Positions 36,319 through 45,970 of a stretch of DNA of 52,660 nucleotides are shown here, piece after piece; positions within the stretch are counted from its first letter, which is position 1; every line of letters begins with the position of its first letter. The position numbers and the translations under genes were made by a program. Origin of the DNA: an uncultured Gammaproteobacteria bacterium (GTDB lineage Bacteria > Patescibacteriota > Patescibacteriia > Magasanikbacterales > UBA922); NCBI GenBank assembly GCA_964473715.1, contig CAYYQC010000001.1, forward strand, positions 3,953-56,612, read 5' to 3'. Under the pieces are notes generated by a model. That model was not told the DNA's origin and searched no databases. It saw only the letters and a list, made by a program, of their open reading frames with translations.

Positions 36319-37472
36319 ATATCGTGCAATAATTTTCTGGTCACTTTTACCATTACACCAAAATCAAATTTGGTAAAAAATTCTTTACCTGCCTCTGTAT
36401 CTTGTGCTACAGATATTTTTTTTCCACCAACAATCTCTCGCAATTTTAATTCAATTTCTTGTTCATTATTGTACTCAAATAAATCTCCAGTTTTGCCAGG
36501 AATAATAATCTCTGGATTTCCACCCACATTACTAGCCAGAACATTACACCCCGCGTACAATGACTCTACCAACACATGAGACAACCCTTCGTATGCACTA
36601 TTTAAAATAAATATTTCCGAGTTATGCATGTATGTATGCACTTCAGAATTAGGAATAAAACCTAAAAATTCTACCTTGCTACTCATACCCAAAGTCTTGG
36701 CAAAACCTTCATAATTACTACGCTCAGGTCCATCACCAAAAATTTTCAATTTTACCTTAGGAAAATCAACACTAATTTTTCTAAGTACACTAATCAACGC
36801 TTTAATTCCTTTCCACGGCACCAAACGCGGGCCAGTTAAAATCCAAAATTCATTTGAGTCTTTAAAACCCACGACTTTTGATTCGCCTATCATTCCCTGC
36901 CCAATTTTTTCCAGATCAATGGCATTATAAATAACTTTTACTTTGTCAGCCAAAACATCCCACCCAATCACAATTTTTTTCAAATATTCGCTTGGGACAA
37001 TTACCATATCCGCGGAACGAGCCACAAATTTCTGCACAATTTGCAAACGCCGCACTGCGCCATGATATTTTTTAGTTTGAAATTCATCAATTAATTCAGT
37101 CACTCCAAATCTCTGAAATCCTTGTTCCCAAGCATAATCCCCCACTACTTTGACCACAAATTTTTTACCGAGCAAACGTGCAGCAAACAAAGCAGGCAAA
37201 CCAGCATTTACTGGCCCCATGGCAAAAACCAAATCAGCTTTGCGCGCATGACGTAACAATAAACCAAAGTATTCAAAATATCTGAGTAATTTATTTTTTT
37301 GCGTGACTGCCACTACAGTTGCGCCAGTAACATCTTTCCTCGAATCAGGAGTTAGTGAAACTACAGTTGCTTCATCCCCCATTTCCACCAGCGCGTTACT
37401 AAATCCAGCCGCGTAAATCGCTGGCCCCCCACCCACTGGTGGAAAAATATCTGCGGCAAAAAGAATCTTCAT
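36306..37472 (-). CDS. GT4-family glycosyltransferase
   Basis: YEGLSHVLVESLYAGCNVL motif. The start was moved to ATG 37472 (MKILFAADIFPP...), which forms an ATGA overlap with the upstream stop. Confidence 0.83.
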   Translation of the reverse strand: MKILFAADIFPPVGGGPAIYAAGFSNALVEMGDEATVVSLTPDSRKDVTGATVVAVTQKNKLLRYFEYFGLLLRHARKADLVFAMGPVNAGLPALFAARLLGKKFVVKVVGDYAWEQGFQRFGVTELIDEFQTKKYHGAVRRLQIVQKFVARSADMVIVPSEYLKKIVIGWDVLADKVKVIYNAIDLEKIGQGMIGESKVVGFKDSNEFWILTGPRLVPWKGIKALISVLRKISVDFPKVKLKIFGDGPERSNYEGFAKTLGMSSKVEFLGFIPNSEVHTYMHNSEIFILNSAYEGLSHVLVESLYAGCNVLASNVGGNPEIIIPGKTGDLFEYNNEQEIELKLREIVGGKKISVAQDTEAGKEFFTKFDFGVMVKVTRKLLHDICVR

Positions 37473-38584
37473 ACTTTTTTTTGAAAAAGTTCCCCCATGC
37501 GTACACTCACTTTTTTCCAATTAAATTCGGCCAAAACTAAATCATGTGCATTTTGAATCACTGCTTTTTTAAGTGCTTCATCTGCTTGCACACGTTTCAC
37601 AGCTTCAGCAATTGATTCAGGATTATGTGGCTCGCACAAATATCCTGTTTTTCCTTCATGCAAAAAATCAGGAATTCCACCCACTGGTGTACCAATTACC
37701 GGCACATTCACAGCCATAGCTTCTAAAAAAGCATTTCCTAAACCTTCAGATAAACTTGGTCTGCAAAAAATATCTGCTTCACGCAAATATTCTGGTAATT
37801 CTTTATAATCCACAGTTCCCAAAAAATGCACTTGTTTAGATTTACCAATATTGTCAGCCAAATTTTTAAGTTCAGTTTCCAAAGGCCCGCTTCCAGCTAA
37901 AACCAACTGAGTATTGGCAGGTAAAAATTTCAAAGCTGAAATTAAATCAGCAATCCCATTTTTCGGTACTAACCGCGACACAGACATAATCATCACATCT
38001 TCAGCGCGCAATCCCAATTGCGTTCGCAACCAGCCATGTGTTTTAGTAAACGTGTAATCAAAGAAAAATTCTGGTACACCATTTGGAATCACGGAAATAT
38101 TTTTTCCCCCCAACTGTTTGGCCCAATCAGCTAAGTAATTACTAATAGTTTGAATCGCGTTAGCGCGCGTAAAAATTTGTTTAAACCAGGGCCAGCACCA
38201 CCATACCCGCGCGTATATATGCGCAAAAGAATCTCCTTCTTGCAAAGTCAAGAGATATGGCACGGCAGGATTTTTCTTTTTAAAAAATAAAGCCGCAAAC
38301 CCAGCATAACTAGCCATAATAGACCAAATTGCTTTTGGTTTATAAGTAGCGGCCACTTTTGGGCCACTAAAAATCAGGCGAATTTTATCCCACGCATTTC
38401 CTATCCCAATCCGATGAATCAGGACATTTCCTTGCTCCTCAATTTCTGGAAGATCTGCGCGCAAGCGAGCAGTAATGACAATAAAATTAGTTTCAGGGAG
38501 ACGACTAGTAATTTCCCGCACTGCGACTTCAGCTCCACCAACCAAGGGAAAATAGGCAGTGGAAAAAATCAGAATCGGCTCCAT
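37469..38584 (-). CDS. GT4-family glycosyltransferase
   Basis: SEGLGNAFLEAMAVNVPVI motif; 371 aa. Confidence 0.84.
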   Translation of the reverse strand: MEPILIFSTAYFPLVGGAEVAVREITSRLPETNFIVITARLRADLPEIEEQGNVLIHRIGIGNAWDKIRLIFSGPKVAATYKPKAIWSIMASYAGFAALFFKKKNPAVPYLLTLQEGDSFAHIYARVWWCWPWFKQIFTRANAIQTISNYLADWAKQLGGKNISVIPNGVPEFFFDYTFTKTHGWLRTQLGLRAEDVMIMSVSRLVPKNGIADLISALKFLPANTQLVLAGSGPLETELKNLADNIGKSKQVHFLGTVDYKELPEYLREADIFCRPSLSEGLGNAFLEAMAVNVPVIGTPVGGIPDFLHEGKTGYLCEPHNPESIAEAVKRVQADEALKKAVIQNAHDLVLAEFNWKKVSVRMGELFQKKV

Positions 38585-38645
38585 AGTGGTCTATTTTTTG
38601 CTTATTCTTGAAGTTTTTTGATATTTCTAGTATGCTCTTTCCTAT

Positions 38646-39788
38646 ATGAAAAGTCAACCGTCCCACCCCGACATTTTATACATTATTACCCAAGGAAATT
38701 GGGGTGGTGCGCAGCGCTATGTTCATGATTTAGCCCAAGAAATGGCCGCCAATTTTCAGGTAATGGTGGGAGCTGGTAAAACCCAGGGCACCCAAGAACT
38801 TCTAAACAAAGTTGAGACAGCCGGACTCCACACTTACCATTTCCGCCATTTAGTACGCCACATCTCACCTTGGCATGACATAGCCGCGATTTGGGAATTA
38901 AAAACTGCCTTCCAAACTCTAAAACCTCGCCTCGTCCACTTAAACAGCTCTAAGGCGGGAATTATTGGTACTTTGGCAGCCTTACTCATTTCTGCCAAAG
39001 AACGTCCCACCATCGTGTACACGGCTCATGGCTGGGTTTTCAATGAACCTCTACCCTGGATTACTAAGCAAATATATTTTTATTTAGAAAAATGGACTGC
39101 GCAGGGCAAAGATGCAATCATTGTTACTTCACCAGAAGAAGCACTTGTGGCCACTGAACAATTAAAAATCCCCTCTCACAAAGTTTCTTATATTCCTCTG
39201 GGCTTAGATGCGCCACAATTTTTTAATCCTGAGCAAGCTCGCGCACAGGTTCTAAAAAAAGTTCAGGCAAATTCTGAATCAATTTCTGAAAGCGTGCCGT
39301 GGCATGCAACCATTGCTAATAGTTACCGCACCAAAGGTTTAGATATTTTACTATCTGCAATTAGCCAAAGTAAAAACCCGGCTGAATATTTTATCATTGG
39401 TCACGGCCCAGAACAAACCAAATTAATTAACCAAGCTAAAAAATACAATTTAAAACAAGTACATTTTCTAGGCGCTATTCCCAATGCCGCAGAATTACTC
39501 CAAGCCTTTGATGGATTTATTTTACCTTCACGCAAAGAAGGCTTACCTTATGCCCTACTTGAAGCACTTTCTGCAGGTATTCCAATCATTGCCACGCGAG
39601 TAGGCGGCATCCCTAGCTTAGCAAAAAAATATTCTAACATCACCATAATTGACCCAGAAAATTCCCATGAATTAACCGCAGCCTTACAAAATTTTTCACA
39701 CAATCAAACCAAAGCCCAACACATTTCTTCAGCACAAGACATGGCCACAGAAACTACTTCTCTATACAAAAAAATCTCTCTTAAATAA
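38646..39788 (+). CDS. GT4-family glycosyltransferase
   Basis: KEGLPYALLEALSAGIPII motif. It is transcribed divergently from the 17-gene minus-strand operon. Confidence 0.84.
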   Translation: MKSQPSHPDILYIITQGNWGGAQRYVHDLAQEMAANFQVMVGAGKTQGTQELLNKVETAGLHTYHFRHLVRHISPWHDIAAIWELKTAFQTLKPRLVHLNSSKAGIIGTLAALLISAKERPTIVYTAHGWVFNEPLPWITKQIYFYLEKWTAQGKDAIIVTSPEEALVATEQLKIPSHKVSYIPLGLDAPQFFNPEQARAQVLKKVQANSESISESVPWHATIANSYRTKGLDILLSAISQSKNPAEYFIIGHGPEQTKLINQAKKYNLKQVHFLGAIPNAAELLQAFDGFILPSRKEGLPYALLEALSAGIPIIATRVGGIPSLAKKYSNITIIDPENSHELTAALQNFSHNQTKAQHISSAQDMATETTSLYKKISLK

Positions 39789-39801
39789 TTTTAAATAAAA
39801 A

Positions 39802-39832
39802 AACAGTCCGTTATAAGCGGGCTGTTTTTTAT
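39802..39832. terminator. bidirectional terminator between convergent genes
   Basis: AACAGTCCG / CGGGCTGTT stem (one G-U pair), loop TTATAAG, with an A-run on the left and a T-run on the right. Confidence 0.7.
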
Positions 39833-39842
39833 TATTTGTAAA

Positions 39843-41909
39843 TTACTGTTTTGTACTGCTCGTAATGGCCGGTAAACCAGCTGCTTCACGTAACCGCGCA
39901 GAGCTTGGGTCATTAAATATCAAACCTGCTCTTTCGCCGCGTAAAAATACTTCTTTAGCACCAGCAACATCCCCTTCTTCCAAATATACACCAGCTAAAC
40001 GCCACCAACCATCTGGAGTTTTTGGACTATGCGCCAAAGTGGTTTCCAAAGCTTCTTTGGCACCTTTATAATCCCGCTCATATAAACGAGATATTGAAAG
40101 CACGTAATATAATTGTTGGCGTTTTGGAGACTTAGTAATCGCATCTTCCATCAGCGCTTTACTTTCTTCAATATAGGCCGGGTTACCAGTTATTTGCGCA
40201 CCTACCAAAGCCAACTGTGCTTCCTGAATATGATAGCGCACATCTAGTGGATGTAATTCACGATTCTTTTTAATTTCTTCGTAAGCAAACGTAAATAATT
40301 TCAAAGTATTTTCCCGGCCATAAATAGAAACCATACCCTGTACCTGACCTTCTGTCATGCGAGCAAAATCCATTCGGTTATCATCAATATGAGGAGTACC
40401 CATTTTATCCATGTCTTTATACTGTGTAATTAGCGAATCAATTAATTTAGCGTCACGATACTGAGTAATCGTGGATAATGATTGCAAAATTTTCCAGGTC
40501 GCACTATTTGCTTTGGCAGGCTTAGTATCAGTGGCATAAATAATTAATAGCATGCACACCATAATTACTGGCATGGCCCAGCCTGGCAAATTTTTAGCAC
40601 GACTTACTTCACCTTTTTCTAGCACCATGGCTGGTGCCGCAATCATAGCCAGCACAAAGTAGAAGTATAGATAAGAAGTAAGATTTTCAAACACAAAAAT
40701 ATTTTGCACCAAGTGCCCAACCAAGAATGACAGAAAGAAAATCATCGTGGACTGTGGTATTTTTCCTGCACGCCAATTTTTCACTGCCAAAGTTGCGGCT
40801 GCACCAAATATTCCAATATAGATAAGCAAACCAAAGGCTCCCTGCACAGTCAAAGTATTGAGCAAAATATTATGCGCATTATCAAACCAAGTTTCAGCCC
40901 AACCACCAATTTCCAAAAATTCTGGACGGTAATTTTGGTTGAATACATAGGCATAATTATTTGGCCCCCAACCAAAGAATGGTTTTTGCTTCCAGCCTTC
41001 AATCGCAATTTCCCAAGCCATCAAACGTGTACTTACAGTTCCACCACTAATACTTACAGTAGCCAACCGACCAATCACTGGAATACTATCCACAAAAGCC
41101 GTATGTCTAAAAGAAAACAAAACTGCAATCAGCACTATGCCACCAAGCATTACTCCGCCCAATGTTTTGCGGATTGGTAGCGAAACTTTTTTACTAAAAG
41201 TAACCAAAAGCAAAGCCATGCCAACAGCTGCCAATAAACCCAAGAAAGGTCCACGACTATCACTTAAGAAAATTCCCACCACACCAAACAAAGCGGCAAT
41301 ACCTCCAAACCATTGTTGCCATTTTTCTTTTGGAGTGGAAGAAAAAACTAGCCAAGCCCCCAGTGCGGCCATAAAAAATCCAAGCGCACCCAAATAAATT
41401 GGATTACCTAGGGTTCCGCCAACACGTACACTACCGTGATTATACAAAAAATCTGTATTAAACTTTTGTATGACACCAATCAGCATGATAAATATCCCAG
41501 TACCAGCAAACCACATGGAAAGGTTCCGCCACTCTTCACGCGTTTTAATTACCGCACTCAAGATAATAAAGAATAAGATGTAGTGCGCAAAAGTAAATAA
41601 ACCAAGCATGCGTTCATGTCCGTCCCACATACTGCGGTATGGATCTGCACCAACATAAGTAGAAATCACCCAAGAAACAAAAAATAAACCAATGGCTCCA
41701 CTTACCCAGTTCAAGCGTGGTTTATATTTTTGCCAATCCATGGCCAATAATCCAGCATAACACCCAGTCATGAGCAAAACCGTAGTTCTAAACCAAATGG
41801 CTTTTGGAAATACAAAAGGGAAAATTTGTGACTCTGGTCTAATAATCAAAGCTGAAAAAAAAGCCACTACAGTTAGCCAAAATATACTCTTTTCTAAAAA
41901 CCGATTCAT
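39843..41909 (-). CDS. Wzy_C (O-antigen ligase/polymerase-like) membrane protein with a C-terminal TPR domain
   Basis: 688 aa, polytopic. Wzy_C signature SDSRGPFLGLL...FDNAHNILLNTLTVQGAFGL. The C-terminal 200 or so residues have TPR-like repeats (YKGAKEALETTLAHSPKTPDGWWRLAGVYLEEGDVAGAKE). Confidence 0.8.
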   Translation of the reverse strand: MNRFLEKSIFWLTVVAFFSALIIRPESQIFPFVFPKAIWFRTTVLLMTGCYAGLLAMDWQKYKPRLNWVSGAIGLFFVSWVISTYVGADPYRSMWDGHERMLGLFTFAHYILFFIILSAVIKTREEWRNLSMWFAGTGIFIMLIGVIQKFNTDFLYNHGSVRVGGTLGNPIYLGALGFFMAALGAWLVFSSTPKEKWQQWFGGIAALFGVVGIFLSDSRGPFLGLLAAVGMALLLVTFSKKVSLPIRKTLGGVMLGGIVLIAVLFSFRHTAFVDSIPVIGRLATVSISGGTVSTRLMAWEIAIEGWKQKPFFGWGPNNYAYVFNQNYRPEFLEIGGWAETWFDNAHNILLNTLTVQGAFGLLIYIGIFGAAATLAVKNWRAGKIPQSTMIFFLSFLVGHLVQNIFVFENLTSYLYFYFVLAMIAAPAMVLEKGEVSRAKNLPGWAMPVIMVCMLLIIYATDTKPAKANSATWKILQSLSTITQYRDAKLIDSLITQYKDMDKMGTPHIDDNRMDFARMTEGQVQGMVSIYGRENTLKLFTFAYEEIKKNRELHPLDVRYHIQEAQLALVGAQITGNPAYIEESKALMEDAITKSPKRQQLYYVLSISRLYERDYKGAKEALETTLAHSPKTPDGWWRLAGVYLEEGDVAGAKEVFLRGERAGLIFNDPSSARLREAAGLPAITSSTKQ

Positions 41910-41964
41910 AAAATATTCACATTAATTACAGGCCCAGTATAGCCTATTCAATTAGGCTTGTAAA

Positions 41965-41997
41965 CAAAAACCCTCCCGATAAATCGGGAGGGTTTTG
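41965..41997 (-). terminator. intrinsic terminator of the large surface-protein gene
   Basis: The minus strand reads AAAACCCTCCCGATTTATCGGGAGGGTTTTTG: a 10-bp GC-rich stem plus a T-run. Confidence 0.78.
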
Positions 41998-42007
41998 TCT
42001 AACAAAG

Positions 42008-42039
42008 CTCAGTTAACCCGAAGGTTAAATCAAGCTGAG
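42008..42039 (-). other. second stem-loop immediately 3' of the surface-protein stop codon
   Basis: TTAACC (42013-42018) / GGTTAA (42023-42028) with a 4-nt loop, extended by a CTCAG/CTGAG outer helix. Confidence 0.4.
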
Positions 42040-42040
42040 A

Positions 42041-45000
42041 TTAGAGAGAGCGAGACAAGGTAGAACCTACAACATCATAAGAGTCTGATGCAGTAAATGG
42101 ACCAAGTTCACTTGTTGAGTTAACTGGAGTGTAGTAGTAAGCTAATACGCCAGTTGCCCAAGCAGAGTCAGTAAGGTTGTATCCAGTAGCACCATCAAGC
42201 ATTGGACTTACAGTCACAACACCTGTTGTTTTACCATTGAGTACACCTGTAGTGTCAGCAGTCACGATAAAGGTACGTGAACCACCGGCTGGGATTGTGA
42301 AGTTGTTCAATGCTGAACCGTTCTGGCCCATGGTACCAAGGGTAACAGAGATAGAACTTGTTGAAGCAGAGAAGTAACAACCTGCGGTGTTTTGGTTACC
42401 AACAACCAATGAACATGAGCTTGAAGTGGTCAAAAGTTGACCCTTGCTGCCCTGTGCATTAGATTCCCACAACTTGAATGTGTTGAGGGTACCACTTACG
42501 GTGTTGTTACCAGTCATACCACTGGCTGAGATCTTCACAGTTGTACTACCAAGGCGCAATTCGCGATCGCCAGGGTTGTAAACAGTATACTTGAAGATTG
42601 GGGCTTCAGAACCCAATTCCAAACTTGAACCAAGGCTCACAGGAGTGATCACTGGTGCAGTGTTGTGGAAAAGGTGAGCAGTTGAAGAAGCAATTGTGCC
42701 TCCAACTTGGCCGTCGCCAGCCAAACCATCAAGTTGAGAACCACTCAAAGTACCACCTGAACTGGAAACCAATTCAAGGTTAGTACTTGAAGTACTGCGG
42801 AGAGCCAAGTAACTGATATTGCCTGGAGTCATTACGTTTGACGCATTAACAGCAGACTTAACTACCAAGAACTTGTAAGTATTAGCAGGAACAGTGAGGC
42901 TAAGACCAGTAAACTGAACATAACCATTACCTGTACCACCAATATATTGACCAGTTCCAACAGAAGTGTTCATGTCAGCTGAGTCATAGAGGAAGAAAGT
43001 ACCATAATCACTACTTGTAGTGTTTGTAGAACCATCTTTACCAAAATGTACTGAGAAGGTGATCTTTTTCAAGGTCACAGCTTCGTTCTGAGCTTCCAAT
43101 TTCCACTTACCAACTTGAACTGGAGTTGCACTTGGAACCAAAATACTATTGGTTGTAGTGTTGTCATTAGCAGCACTGAGGATTACGTTAGCAGATCCTA
43201 CAGTGAAGTCTTGACCAACAACAGCAGAGTTGTCAGAGTCTGTATTCTGAGTATCAGCACCTACAAATGTGTAAGAAGCGATACTTGAAGACGCAACACC
43301 TGAAGCGTTAGAAAGAATCAAAGCTTTAAGTTTAATAACTTTAACTTCGTTCTTTTTAACAGTGATATTACTCAAGAAACTGTTTGATGAAGTAGCGGCA
43401 GTAGATACGGTTGAACCGTATTGTTCGTTACCAACCCACAATTCCAAGTTCTGGAGCATTGAAGGTGTATCGAATGTGCCGTTGCCAAGGAAACTAACAC
43501 TGAAGTTAGTAAGCTTAACATCTTCAGCAGAGCCAGCCTTAATGGTATATTGACCGATCACTTGGCTTGAGCCAGCAGCGAGGGTGTTGTTACCAAGAGT
43601 ACTGTCTTTAGCCAAAGTTACTTCAGTTGATTCAACAGCAACAGTGTTAGCAGCAGTCAAAGTGCTACCAGGGATGTTGTCTGTGAAGTCAAGAGTAGAC
43701 AAACGTTTTGCATACATGTTACCAACACTTACAGTGAAGGCTGAAACAGAGGTAGCAGATGTAGGAATACTACCGAGTACTTCCAATACTTTTGTTTCAC
43801 CAGACTTGAGGTTCAAGTATTGTGACAATGTGTATTGAGTTGAAGTACTGTTATACAAAGTGTAAGTACTGTCTGAAGCACTAGTAGTCAAAAGGATGTC
43901 GTTACCAACACGCAATTTAACTGAACCAGTCAATTCTTTTTTACCTACAGCGTATGTAGTAGTAGCAATCTTCAAACCGATCTTGCGAACTTCAAGATCT
44001 TCACCAACAGCTTTTACGTTAAAGCGGGCCAAGACAATATCATTGCCACCAGCTGAAACAGATGTTGAAGGAGAATCTGTAGTCTTAGATACAGTTACGG
44101 TACCGGACTTCATTTTGAAGTAACCAGCAGAAGATGAAACAGCTGAGAATGAAGTGGTTGAACCTTCACTAGTAGCACCAATGAAGTAACCTGTACTTGT
44201 ATCCTTAACCATTACATCGTAGTCATTCTGAACTTGAATACGGAACCAGTTGCCTGAACCATCGGCCACAGTGGCACGGAGGGTCAAAACACGGTTTGTA
44301 CTCTTAGGAACAGTGTATGGCTTGTCAAAGTTAACAGTTACGTAGCGATCAGACATCATTTCTGTGCGACCGAGAACTGTGTTATCTGGAGCGAGAACTT
44401 CAAAATTCTTGAGGTCTTCGTCCTTAGCAGTTCCTTGTACGTAGAAAGTAATTTTACTTACTTGGATATCACTATCACCATCGTATTGGATGAACTTGAA
44501 TTTGGAGATTTCTTGTGTCTGACCAATTTCAAGGTTACCAGCAGTACTACTGCCTGGTTCTGTACTCAAACCACCAGCTGAAACACTTCCGAGTTGTACA
44601 TCAGCGACAGAGCCGCCAGATACCAAACTCATGGTGTTACCAGAAACTGGGAATGAACCACTTACAGTACCGTCAGTTTGCACATCAGCCGCAGAAGCGA
44701 TTGAAGCACCAACTGTGCCTGAAGTAGCAGTTGTAGCTAAGTTAAAGGCTACAGTGAAAGAAGTTGTTTGGCCTTTAGCAACTACGATTGGGTAGGTACC
44801 AAAACCAATAGTAACTTTGTTGTCTGAGCTAAATGAGCTCATAACATCACCGTGGCGGTTGCCAGCTGAATCCCAAACACTTACGCCACTAATGTTAGCA
44901 TTAGTTACGAGACCAGTGCGGGTTACAGTTACACCTTTCAATTTAACATCACCGTTAGTAGCAGTAACAGTCACTTTAAGCATGTTGTTGTAAACAGTGC

Positions 45001-45808
45001 CTGCAGCGATTGTAGATGCAGCTGCTGTATCAGCAGCCAAACCAACAGTCAAAACACCGTTAGATGTAGGAGTTGTTGGAACACTACCACCACTCAATTG
45101 TGATGGGTTGTTTACGATAGTAGCAGCAGTAACTGATCCAGAACTCAAAGATACTGAGGAGAATACAGTTGCTGAAACAGTGCGTACATCGTTAACAGCC
45201 TGTGTTGGGAGAGCTCCGTCTACCATTTTGAGAGCATTGTCCCAAACGTAGTAAACAGTAGATTCACCAGCCTTCTTTACCAATTGACCATTGTGGAGGG
45301 TGTTGCCTACGAGAGGAGCACCAACCTGGTAGTTGGAATCAAAGACATCGTTAAGATGAGTAACGAGAGTTGGCCAGTTGGCTCCGTAAAGAGCAACAGC
45401 TTGTGCTTCGTTGTCAATCTTGTGCTTCATGTTGTTTGGACCTACAGCGTAAACTGAAGGAGAGAGGAAACTCTTTACCAAACGTGAACCTGGACGGAAG
45501 TTAACACCACCACCAGCGGCGTAAGCGTCAACACAAGACATGTCAATGGTAGTAATACCACTGAAATCCTTGTACCAGGATTTATATACGGCTTCTGTTG
45601 GGAAGTACATCCGTTTATTCTGACTGTTTACCAAGTAAACAGCAGCATTTCCGGCTACTTTGAACAAGTCTCCGGCTTCGAGCTCTGGACATGTAGCGGC
45701 AGCAGCACCGGCTGGAACAAAGGCTGAAAGGCCAACGCTCCAAGCAACAGTCATGCTAACCACTGACATGGTGAAGAGTTTCTTACCGAATTTCTTCAAA
45801 TTTTGCAT
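42041..45808 (-). CDS. large secreted Ser/Thr/Gly/Val-rich repeat protein, candidate S-layer or cell-surface protein
   Basis: 1255 aa. Signal peptide MQNLKKFGKKLFTMSVVSMTVAWSVGLSAFVPAGAAAA. Long series of beta-strand-like modules of the type G..V.L..F.[VI].A...D[VI].[VL]..[IL].F, and only four Cys. Codon choice differs from the neighbouring genes (many GGT/ACC/GTT/AAC), consistent with high expression. Confidence 0.8.
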   Translation of the reverse strand: MQNLKKFGKKLFTMSVVSMTVAWSVGLSAFVPAGAAAATCPELEAGDLFKVAGNAAVYLVNSQNKRMYFPTEAVYKSWYKDFSGITTIDMSCVDAYAAGGGVNFRPGSRLVKSFLSPSVYAVGPNNMKHKIDNEAQAVALYGANWPTLVTHLNDVFDSNYQVGAPLVGNTLHNGQLVKKAGESTVYYVWDNALKMVDGALPTQAVNDVRTVSATVFSSVSLSSGSVTAATIVNNPSQLSGGSVPTTPTSNGVLTVGLAADTAAASTIAAGTVYNNMLKVTVTATNGDVKLKGVTVTRTGLVTNANISGVSVWDSAGNRHGDVMSSFSSDNKVTIGFGTYPIVVAKGQTTSFTVAFNLATTATSGTVGASIASAADVQTDGTVSGSFPVSGNTMSLVSGGSVADVQLGSVSAGGLSTEPGSSTAGNLEIGQTQEISKFKFIQYDGDSDIQVSKITFYVQGTAKDEDLKNFEVLAPDNTVLGRTEMMSDRYVTVNFDKPYTVPKSTNRVLTLRATVADGSGNWFRIQVQNDYDVMVKDTSTGYFIGATSEGSTTSFSAVSSSAGYFKMKSGTVTVSKTTDSPSTSVSAGGNDIVLARFNVKAVGEDLEVRKIGLKIATTTYAVGKKELTGSVKLRVGNDILLTTSASDSTYTLYNSTSTQYTLSQYLNLKSGETKVLEVLGSIPTSATSVSAFTVSVGNMYAKRLSTLDFTDNIPGSTLTAANTVAVESTEVTLAKDSTLGNNTLAAGSSQVIGQYTIKAGSAEDVKLTNFSVSFLGNGTFDTPSMLQNLELWVGNEQYGSTVSTAATSSNSFLSNITVKKNEVKVIKLKALILSNASGVASSSIASYTFVGADTQNTDSDNSAVVGQDFTVGSANVILSAANDNTTTNSILVPSATPVQVGKWKLEAQNEAVTLKKITFSVHFGKDGSTNTTSSDYGTFFLYDSADMNTSVGTGQYIGGTGNGYVQFTGLSLTVPANTYKFLVVKSAVNASNVMTPGNISYLALRSTSSTNLELVSSSGGTLSGSQLDGLAGDGQVGGTIASSTAHLFHNTAPVITPVSLGSSLELGSEAPIFKYTVYNPGDRELRLGSTTVKISASGMTGNNTVSGTLNTFKLWESNAQGSKGQLLTTSSSCSLVVGNQNTAGCYFSASTSSISVTLGTMGQNGSALNNFTIPAGGSRTFIVTADTTGVLNGKTTGVVTVSPMLDGATGYNLTDSAWATGVLAYYYTPVNSTSELGPFTASDSYDVVGSTLSRSL

Positions 45809-45825
45809 AAATAATTTTTCGCCTA

Positions 45826-45864
45826 TTACGCGACGCCTCGTTCCATTGGAACCGGTCCGCGTAA
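45826..45864 (-). promoter_or_regulatory. composite hairpin in the 5' leader, ending 17 nt upstream of the surface-protein start codon
   Basis: The minus strand reads TTACGCGGACCGGTTCCAATGGAACGAGGCGTCGCGTAA: an outer 8-bp helix (TTACGCGG/TCGCGTAA with one G-U pair) and an inner GTTCC-AAT-GGAAC helix. Confidence 0.45.
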
Positions 45865-45970
45865 TAAGTTTTTTTATTAAAGCCGCATCACTCCACTTCC
45901 TTTACGGAAATGGATCAACCTTTCGGTGAGCGGAATGCTTTGGCCTCATTGGCATGTGGCCAGAAGCGAA

